DNA of 4,837 nucleotides from a virus (Duplodnaviria; Heunggongvirae; Uroviricota; Caudoviricetes). The notes beneath the pieces are model-generated. The model worked only from the letters and a program-made list of their open reading frames with translations. It was not told where the DNA came from and made no database searches. The DNA lies in IMG/VR virus record IMGVR_UViG_2663762648_000008. One strand, written 5' to 3'. The position numbers and the translations under genes are program-made. How positions within the stretch are numbered: position 1 is the first letter of the stretch; the number at the start of each line of letters is the position of its first letter. This document shows positions 1 to 4,384 of the stretch, piece by piece.

Positions 1-241
1 TGGTCTGAAAACATCAATGTCGCGTAAAGGTAACTGTTACGACAACGCTCCGATGGAAAGCTTCTGGGGAACGCTGAAAAATGAGAGCCTGAGCCACTAT
101 CGTTTTAATAACCGGGATGAAGCCATCTCAGTAATACGGGAATACATTGAGATTTTCTACAATCGTCAGCGTCGTCACTCTCGTCTGGGGAATATCTCCC
201 CGGCAGCCTTCAGGGAAAAATATCATCAGATGGCTGCTTAA
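1..241 (+). CDS. IS3-family transposase (OrfB, DDE integrase-type), C-terminal fragment; 5' end lies outside the window
   Basis: Frame open from position 2 (GLKTS-MSRKGNCYDNAPMESFWGTLKNE...), stop TAA 239-241. The SRKGNCYDNAPMESF..LKNE block is the conserved C-terminal region of IS3-family OrfB transposases as I recall it. Confidence 0.8.
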   Translation, partial: GLKTSMSRKGNCYDNAPMESFWGTLKNESLSHYRFNNRDEAISVIREYIEIFYNRQRRHSRLGNISPAAFREKYHQMAA

Positions 242-279
242 AAAAAGAACAAATGGTAGTGTCCGCTATTGCCAGTACA
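1..279 (+). mobile_element. Right end of an IS3-family insertion sequence (IS150-like); terminus inferred near 273-279
   Basis: Transposase 3' end followed 38 bp later by CAGTACA (273-279), the reverse complement of the TGTACTG terminus I recall for IS150-type elements; IS3-family ends are 5'-TG...CA-3'. Exact boundary is not verified. Confidence 0.5.
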
Positions 280-483
280 CCTCATCCATCACCGAAAAAA
301 ATTGGCTTTTACACCATTGGCGATAAAAGCATTTACCTGTATGACCTACGCCGCATGGATGAAATCATGGAGGCTCTTGATAATCGTTCGTCGATGGATT
401 GGTGTGTTGCTGTTCATGATATGAATGCAGGGTTTGATGAAAAGATTTTGTTCCCCTCATCAGTTGAAAGCACTGCGGGTTAA
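253..483 (+). pseudogene. Hypothetical ORF, probably the 3' remnant of a gene interrupted by the IS insertion
   Basis: The ATG at 253 lies inside the presumed IS terminus and has no Shine-Dalgarno (A-rich run). The frame stays open from the IS junction to TAA 481-483 and encodes ...DLRRMDEIMEALDNRSSMDWCVAVHDMNAGFDEKILFPSSVESTAG, which looks protein-like. Confidence 0.3.
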
Positions 484-493
484 GGAGTAACAC

Positions 494-661
494 ATGACCA
501 CTATTACCAAAGAACGTATTGAATTGTTCATTAAAAACCCGCTTGAAAACGGGCTTACCCGTGGTGAACAAATGGAACTGGCACGGATTGCGCTGGCATC
601 GCTGGAAGCAGAGCCGGTTGTGTTCTGGTTTGAAAAATATCAAGAAGGGGCTACGGCATGA
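494..661 (+). CDS. Small hypothetical phage protein, 55 aa ([55 protein letters not shown])
   Basis: Below the length cutoff of the supplied ORF track; found by hand. AAGGAG at 482-487 sits 6 nt upstream of ATG 494. Stop TGA 659-661 overlaps the next ATG (ATGA at 658-661). Shares an N-terminus and an IAL-SL-AEP core with the next ORF. Confidence 0.55.
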   Translation: MTTITKERIELFIKNPLENGLTRGEQMELARIALASLEAEPVVFWFEKYQEGATA

Positions 662-1002
662 CGACTTTTACCAGAGAGCAGTTAATAGCTCACGCAGAGG
701 AGACTATTGAAGCACAGAGACTGTGCATACCGGGCACAATCGACCATGACATCATCCGCACATATAAGATGGATATTGCTGTTCTGGAAATCGCACTGGT
801 ATCGCTGGCAGCAGAGCCAGCCGGTAAATTGCATGAATACAAACCAGTGGGATATCAGCGTCTGGTCGATGAGTTAACCATGCTGGTAAAGCAGTTAACC
901 TGGCAACTGAGGAAAGCGAAGCCAGACTGCAAATTACCGGATAAGGCGATGAGTTATCTGGAGCGGAACGGACTGATAAGCGTGGAGGATATTTTACGAT
1001 GA
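658..1002 (+). CDS. Hypothetical phage protein, 114 aa, paralogous in part to the preceding 55-aa ORF
   Basis: ORF track 658..1002; purine-rich SD (GAAGGGG 644-650) 7 nt upstream; start overlaps the upstream stop (ATGA). Protein-like composition; shares MTT-T-E N-terminus and [10 protein letters not shown] core with the 494-661 ORF. Confidence 0.65.
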   Translation: MTTFTREQLIAHAEETIEAQRLCIPGTIDHDIIRTYKMDIAVLEIALVSLAAEPAGKLHEYKPVGYQRLVDELTMLVKQLTWQLRKAKPDCKLPDKAMSYLERNGLISVEDILR

Positions 1003-1082
1003 CCTGGCCTGAAGCATTAACAACGGTAGGAATTGCGATGGCGGTGGCGCTGGTGGTGTATTCGATTTGCCGCTGGGGATAA
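999..1082 (+). CDS. Putative 27-aa hydrophobic peptide ([27 protein letters not shown]), possible single-pass membrane peptide
   Basis: ATG 999-1001 overlaps the stop TGA 1000-1002 of the upstream ORF (ATGA), suggesting translational coupling. It has an 18-residue hydrophobic core followed by CRW. Too short for the ORF track, and coding status is unproven. Confidence 0.3.
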   Translation: MTWPEALTTVGIAMAVALVVYSICRWG

Positions 1083-1293
1083 AAACGGTTTGCGGGAAAA
1101 GGAGAGTTAAGTAGAATTGCAGCGGGTGCTTGAGGCTATCTGTCTCAGGCATGAACACCAAAAGGCAGATAGAGAAAAGCCCCAGTTAACATTACGCGTC
1201 CGGCAAGACGCTTAACATTAATCTGAGGCTCAATCTATGAACGGCAAATCTAGGTTAGCCTCTTACGTGCCGAAAGGCAAGGAGAAGCAGGCT

Positions 1294-1449
1294 ATGAAGC
1301 AGCAAAAGGCGATGTTAATCGCCCTGATCGTCATCTGTTTAACCGTCATAGTGACGGCACTGGTAACGAGGAAAGACCTCTGCGAGGTACGAATTCGAAC
1401 CGGCCAGACGGAGGTCGCTGTCTTCGTAGACTACGAATCCAGGAAGTAA
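1294..1449 (+). CDS. hokD: Hok-family type I toxin (HokD/RelF-like), 51 aa
   Basis: Translation MKQQKAMLIALIVICLTVIVTALVTRKDLCEVRIRTGQTEVAVFVDYESRK matches my recollection of E. coli HokD/RelF over the first ~44 residues, including the TM helix and the conserved Cys; the C-terminus differs (VDYESRK vs TAYEPEE). AAGGAG 1279-1284 lies 9 nt upstream of ATG 1294. The track's longer ORF 1237..1449 is the same frame with a 19-codon in-frame extension. Confidence 0.85.
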   Translation: MKQQKAMLIALIVICLTVIVTALVTRKDLCEVRIRTGQTEVAVFVDYESRK

Positions 1450-1457
1450 GAGTGACC

Positions 1458-1485
1458 GGGCGGGGAGCTGATCCCATCCCCGCCC
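1458..1485 (+). other. Perfect 8-bp stem / 12-nt loop RNA hairpin in the hok 3' UTR, not a terminator
   Basis: GGGCGGGG (1458-1465) pairs with CCCCGCCC (1478-1485) and no U-run follows. The homologous position in copy B (2375-2396) forms a different but still pairing stem (GGCGGGGG / CCCTCGCC with one G-U), so the structure is kept despite sequence change. Confidence 0.45.
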
Positions 1486-1525
1486 ACCTCTGATGTGTCA
1501 GGCATCCTCAACGCACCCGCACTTA

Positions 1526-1580
1526 ACCCGCCCATCGCTGTGATCTCTCAGCGTTTCGGCGGGTTTTTTGTTGTTTATTT
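1526..1580 (+). terminator. Rho-independent terminator downstream of hok (extended hairpin with inner stem-loop)
   Basis: ACCCGCC (1526-1532) pairs with GGCGGGT (1558-1564), followed by TTTTTTGTTGTTTATTT. The 25-nt loop contains an inner 5-bp hairpin (CGCTG...CAGCG). Copy B has the same outer stem with a simple TTCG loop. Confidence 0.55.
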
Positions 1581-1589
1581 CCGGTGAAT

Positions 1590-1617
1590 TTGATTCGCGC
1601 ACCTTCGCAGATAGAAT
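1590..1617 (+). promoter_or_regulatory. Putative sigma70 promoter for the downstream rem-position gene
   Basis: -35 TTGATT (1590-1595), 16-bp spacer, -10 TAGAAT (1612-1617). Located just after the terminator and ~80 nt upstream of ATG 1699. Motif match by eye only. Confidence 0.4.
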
Positions 1618-1651
1618 CGACTCACTTAAGTAGCGCGCAGGGAGAAGAGGG

Positions 1652-1696
1652 ATGGACCCCGAACAGGGGAGAGCTATTTATCTGGAAGGATTCTGA
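1652..1696 (+). CDS. Putative 14-codon upstream/leader ORF (MDPEQGRAIYLEGF) in the 5' UTR of the 1699 gene
   Basis: GGAG 1641-1644 is 7 nt upstream of ATG 1652. Stop TGA 1694-1696 ends 2 nt before the main ATG 1699, and the ORF covers the main gene's SD (GGAAGGA 1684-1690). It is conserved in copy B (2541-2588). Confidence 0.3.
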   Translation: MDPEQGRAIYLEGF

Positions 1697-1698
1697 AG

Positions 1699-1986
1699 AT
1701 GAAAATCGAAGAATTGCGTGAAATTTTTAGTGAAAATGGCCTCTATGCTGTGCGCGTTGAGAATGGAGCGATTGTCAGCCATTGCCGCATTAGATGTTTG
1801 CAATCTCAACAAAGGAAGAGCGGTGCTGTGTTATTTTATTTTTGTAATGGACTTCTGACGGACGGTTTTATTTTGCGTGAGGACGAATTTGTCACATCAT
1901 TACGGGTTTTGAAAGAGATTGGTTTTAAGGCTGGTTTTCTGCTTTTGCTGAAGAATAAACTCATCTACAATCTTGAGCAGGATTGA
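1699..1986 (+). CDS. Hypothetical protein, 95 aa, in the position between hok and the DUF968 gene (rem-like position in Qin-type prophages)
   Basis: ORF track 1699..1986; SD AGGA 1687-1690 with 8-nt spacer. The first 29 codons are near-identical to the ORF at 2588; the remainder is unique and AT-rich. Confidence 0.5.
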   Translation: MKIEELREIFSENGLYAVRVENGAIVSHCRIRCLQSQQRKSGAVLFYFCNGLLTDGFILREDEFVTSLRVLKEIGFKAGFLLLLKNKLIYNLEQD

Positions 1987-2024
1987 ACTCCTGCTGTGTA
2001 ACACCGTGCCACCGGAGAAAGCCG

Positions 2025-2360
2025 ATGGCACATATACAACTGGTCAAACAAACCTCTTCCGGATTACTTCTCCCGGCGACGCCGGAGAGTTGCGATTTTC
2101 TGCATCAAATCAAAATAGGTGAGTGGATACACGCAGACTTTAAGCGTGTGTGTAACTACGCATTCCACAAGCGTTTTTTCAAACTCCTGCAACTGGGTTT
2201 CGATTACTGGACTCCGGTCGGTGGGGCGATCACGCCTCGCGAACGAAGTCATCTGTTTAACCGTCATAGTGACGGCACTGGTAACGAGGAAAGACCTCTG
2301 CGAGGTACGAATTCGAACCGGCCAGACGGAGGTCGCTGTCTTCACAGCTTACGAACCTGA
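2025..2360 (+). pseudogene. Truncated/chimeric ORF: ~74 well-formed N-terminal codons (MAHIQLVKQTSSGLLLPATPESCDFLHQIKIGEWIHADFKRVCNYAFHKRFFKLLQLGFDYWTPVGG...) running into the hok remnant out of frame
   Basis: Strong SD (GGAG 2014-2017) 7 nt upstream of ATG 2025. The protein-like sequence continues to ~2248, where repeat copy B begins; beyond that the frame reads hok-homologous DNA in a non-hok frame (low-complexity tail) until the stop at 2358-2360. Confidence 0.4.
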
Positions 2361-2367
2361 GGAGTAA
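2248..2367 (+). pseudogene. Hok toxin 3' remnant (encodes the C-terminal ~39 aa, ...VICLTVIVTALVTRKDLCEVRIRTGQTEVAVFTAYEPEE), lacking start codon and N-terminus
   Basis: Identical over 97 nt to hok copy A, with a C-terminus as I recall for K-12 HokD (TAYEPEE) and stop TAA 2365-2367. The upstream in-frame sequence is unrelated to hok and no hok start or SD is present. Confidence 0.8.
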
Positions 2368-2436
2368 GAGACCTGGCGGGGGAGAAATCCCTCGCCACCT
2401 CTGATGGGGCAGGCATCCTCAATGCACCCACACTTA

Positions 2437-2465
2437 ACCCGCTTCGGCGGGTTTTTGTTTTTATT
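2437..2465 (+). terminator. Rho-independent terminator (copy B)
   Basis: ACCCGC (2437-2442), loop TTCG, GCGGGT (2447-2452), then TTTTGTTTTTATTTT. Confidence 0.6.
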
Positions 2466-2475
2466 TTCAACGCGT

Positions 2476-2505
2476 TTGAAGTTTTAGATGGTGCCGGAAT
2501 AGAAT
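2476..2505 (+). promoter_or_regulatory. Putative sigma70 promoter (copy B)
   Basis: -35 TTGAAG (2476-2481), 18-bp spacer, -10 TAGAAT (2500-2505). The -10 is conserved with copy A while the -35 region has diverged. Confidence 0.4.
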
Positions 2506-2540
2506 CAAAAATACTTAAGTAGCGCGCAGGGAGAAGAGGG

Positions 2541-2588
2541 ATGGACCCCGAACAGGGGAGTGCTATTTATCTGGAAGGATTCTGTTGA
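2541..2588 (+). CDS. Putative 15-codon upstream/leader ORF (MDPEQGSAIYLEGFC), copy B
   Basis: Same SD and ATG context as copy A. Stop TGA 2586-2588 overlaps the main ATG 2588-2590 (TGATG). Confidence 0.3.
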   Translation: MDPEQGSAIYLEGFC

Positions 2589-2869
2589 TGAAAATCGAAG
2601 AATTACGTGAAATTTTTAGTGAAGATGGCCTCTATACTGTGCGCGTTGAGAATGGCGCTATTGTCAGCCACTGCCTTCCAGACTACACAATTCTGATAAT
2701 TCAGCCGTCTTTGCCAGCAGGCACGGGCGGCGCTCTCACGCATTTAAATCTGATTGGTACCAGCATCCCCCATGCACTGAAGAACAGGCCGAATGGCTCA
2801 TTCAGTGTTACCGCAGGCGCGGATGCGAGGTTAAAAAAGCCCTTAGCCTCGACTACCGTCACTGGATAA
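2588..2869 (+). CDS. Hypothetical protein, 93 aa, paralogous over its first 29 residues to the 1699 ORF; C-terminal part looks low-complexity and may not be genuine
   Basis: The track ORF 2585..2869 starts at TTG; ATG 2588 with SD AGGA 2576-2579 is the more likely start. N-terminus MKIEELREIFSEDGLYTVRVENGAIVSHC is shared with copy A, but the tail (…PSLPAGTGGALTHLNLIGTSIPHALKNRPNGSFSVTAGADARL...) is G/T/S/A/P-rich. Confidence 0.45.
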   Translation: MKIEELREIFSEDGLYTVRVENGAIVSHCLPDYTILIIQPSLPAGTGGALTHLNLIGTSIPHALKNRPNGSFSVTAGADARLKKPLASTTVTG

Positions 2870-2944
2870 TCTCCGTCAGGCTCCCTTACTCCGAACGGCC
2901 AACGCGTCCGTCCCGCACATTCCAGCAACGGATCTGGAGGTAAT

Positions 2945-4003
2945 GTGCGGGTATTACTTCGACCTGTTCTGGTACCGGAACTCGGTCTGGTTATCGTTAA
3001 GCCAGGCCGTGAATCAATGTCAGCATTCCATAACGGCAGAATACTGGTGGAGCCGGAACCAAAAAGCATGCGTAATCTGCCGTCCGGGGTCGTTCCTGCC
3101 GCTCGCCAGCCGCTGGTGGAAGACAAAACATTGCTGCCGTTTTTCAGTAACGCACGGGTGATTCGTGCTGCTGGTGGTGCTGGTGCATTGTCTGACTGGC
3201 TGTTGCGCCATATTAAATCCTGCCAGTGGCCACACGGCGATTATCATCACAGCGAAACCGTCATTCACCGTTATGGTACCGGCGCAATGGTGTTGTGCTG
3301 GCACTGCGACAACCAGCTGCGTGACCAGACATCCGAATCACTCGAGCAACTTGCTCATCAAAACCTGTCAGCATGGATGATTGACGTCATCGGTCACGCA
3401 ATAAGCGGTACGCAGGAGCGTGAATTATCTCTGGCTGAATTATCCTGGTGGGCGGTCCGCAATCAGGTGGCGGACGCGCTACCGGAAGCGGTATTACGTC
3501 GTTCGCTGGGGTTGCGTGCGGAAAAAATTCGCTCTGTGTACAGTGAAAGCGACATCATACCGGGAGAGCAGACAGCCACCAGCATACTGAAGCAGCGCAC
3601 AAAAAATATTGCGTTACTGCCTCACGTCCACCAGCAACAGAACCCACCACAGGAAAAGACGGTGGTCAGCATTGCCGTTGATCCGGAGTCACCGGCTCAG
3701 TATCTCCAGCGCCAGAAACCACAACGGGAAGAGATGCCTGTATACACGCGTTGGGTAAAAACGCAGAAATGCATGACGTGCGGTAATCAGGCAGATGATC
3801 CGCATCACATCATTGGTCATGGACTGGGAGGGATGGGAACAAAGGCTGATGATTTGTTTGTTATTCCGTTATGCCGTAAATGCCGTAACGAACTACATGC
3901 CGGAGTAAAAGATTTTGAAGAGAAACACGGCAGTCAGCTGTTGTTGCTGATTCGTTTTTTAATGCACGCGAGAAATTCGGGTGTTCTGAAGTGGAAAGCA
4001 TAA
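2945..4003 (+). CDS. DUF968/YdfU-like prophage protein, 352 aa, with a C-terminal HNH-like Cys/His motif
   Basis: Long ORF with protein-like composition; GGAGG 2936-2940 upstream of GTG 2945 (short 4-nt spacer, so the start is uncertain). C-terminal region has C-x2-C ... HH ... C-x2-C ... H (CMTCGNQADDPHHIIGHGLGG...CRKCRNELH). The stop TAA 4001-4003 is immediately followed by the rusA ATG. Confidence 0.8.
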   Translation: MRVLLRPVLVPELGLVIVKPGRESMSAFHNGRILVEPEPKSMRNLPSGVVPAARQPLVEDKTLLPFFSNARVIRAAGGAGALSDWLLRHIKSCQWPHGDYHHSETVIHRYGTGAMVLCWHCDNQLRDQTSESLEQLAHQNLSAWMIDVIGHAISGTQERELSLAELSWWAVRNQVADALPEAVLRRSLGLRAEKIRSVYSESDIIPGEQTATSILKQRTKNIALLPHVHQQQNPPQEKTVVSIAVDPESPAQYLQRQKPQREEMPVYTRWVKTQKCMTCGNQADDPHHIIGHGLGGMGTKADDLFVIPLCRKCRNELHAGVKDFEEKHGSQLLLLIRFLMHARNSGVLKWKA

Positions 4004-4384
4004 ATGACCGAGCGCATAGAATTTGTTTTACCTTACCCGCCGACGGTGAACACTTACTGGCGTCGTCGTGGCAGCACATATTTTGTATCAAAAGCCGGGG
4101 AGCGTTATCGCCGGGCAGTGGCGCTTATTGTTCGCCAGCAGCGGCTGAAATTAAGCCTGTCCGGAAGGTTGGCAATAAAAATTATTGCAGAACCACCGGA
4201 TAAGCGCCGCCGTGACCTGGACAATATTCTGAAAGCGCCGCTGGATGCGCTGACGCATGCGGGGTTGCTAATGGACGATGAGCAGTTTGATGAAATCAAT
4301 ATCGTTCGTGGTCAGCCAGTATCTGGTGGACGTCTGGGGGTGAAGATTTATCCCATAATGCTTGAAGGGCAGGTCAAAAAATGA
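4004..4384 (+). CDS. rusA: RusA-family crossover junction endodeoxyribonuclease (Holliday junction resolvase), 126 aa
   Basis: The translation contains the RusA signature PDKRRRDLDN followed by the acidic cluster MDDEQFDE, matching the catalytic Asp positions I recall for E. coli RusA (D70, D72, D91). It sits in the typical position just upstream of Q. Confidence 0.9.
   Translation: MTERIEFVLPYPPTVNTYWRRRGSTYFVSKAGERYRRAVALIVRQQRLKLSLSGRLAIKIIAEPPDKRRRDLDNILKAPLDALTHAGLLMDDEQFDEINIVRGQPVSGGRLGVKIYPIMLEGQVKK

Larger units (their letters stand above)
1330..1786 (+). repeat. Direct repeat copy A (hok 3' part - hairpin - terminator - promoter - leader ORF - 5' 29 codons of downstream gene)
   Basis: Aligns with 2248-2675. 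1330-1426 is identical to 2248-2344 (97 nt), and 1623-1786 is near-identical to 2512-2675. The hok C-terminus/3' UTR and the promoter region between these blocks are clearly diverged, with indels. Confidence 0.9.
2248..2675 (+). repeat. Direct repeat copy B
   Basis: See copy A. The offset between copies is 918 bp in the hok block and 889 bp in the downstream-gene block, the difference coming from indels in the terminator and promoter segment. Confidence 0.9.

Noticed and set aside
365-643. Minus-strand ORF, 92 aa
   Set aside because: Antisense to two well-supported + strand ORFs, with odd composition (F/N/Q/H-rich) and no convincing SD. Likely a shadow ORF.
519-710. + strand ORF 63 aa overlapping the 494-661 and 658-1002 ORFs in another frame
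   Set aside because: Basic, low-complexity translation lying entirely inside better-supported coding frames.
1083-1293. Possible DicF-like sRNA or tRNA in the intergenic region upstream of hok
   Set aside because: Considered because small ORFs resembling a dicB-type operon precede it, but the sequence does not match what I recall of DicF and no cloverleaf or strong terminator hairpin was found. Only a weak 7-bp inverted repeat (CTATCTG...CAGATAG, 1135-1172) without a U-run.
1385-1400. Near-palindrome containing an EcoRI site (TACGAATTCGAA) in both hok copies
   Set aside because: Lies within conserved hok coding sequence (EVRIRTG) and is explained by codon constraints; no evidence of a binding-site role.
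1237-1449. 70-aa ORF as the hok product
   Set aside because: Same frame as hok with a 19-codon N-terminal extension. The 51-aa form starting at ATG 1294 matches the Hok family length and has the stronger SD; the extension is kept only as a possible mok-like upstream start.
2064-2345. Minus-strand ORF, 93 aa
   Set aside because: Antisense to the truncated ORF and the hok remnant; no start context. Likely a shadow ORF.
2119-2367. 82-aa ORF presented as a longer Hok
   Set aside because: Only the last ~39 codons are hok-homologous. The N-terminal part is out-of-frame read-through of the upstream truncated gene, so this is a remnant and not a functional toxin.
2701-3126. Minus-strand ORF, 141 aa
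   Set aside because: S/T/G/P/R-rich low-complexity translation that crosses the DUF968 start on the opposite strand; typical GC-rich shadow frame.
2943-3380. + strand ORFs 2943..3161 and 3165..3380 in alternative frames
   Set aside because: Both are embedded within the 352-aa DUF968 ORF and have Cys/Trp-rich, non-protein-like translations.
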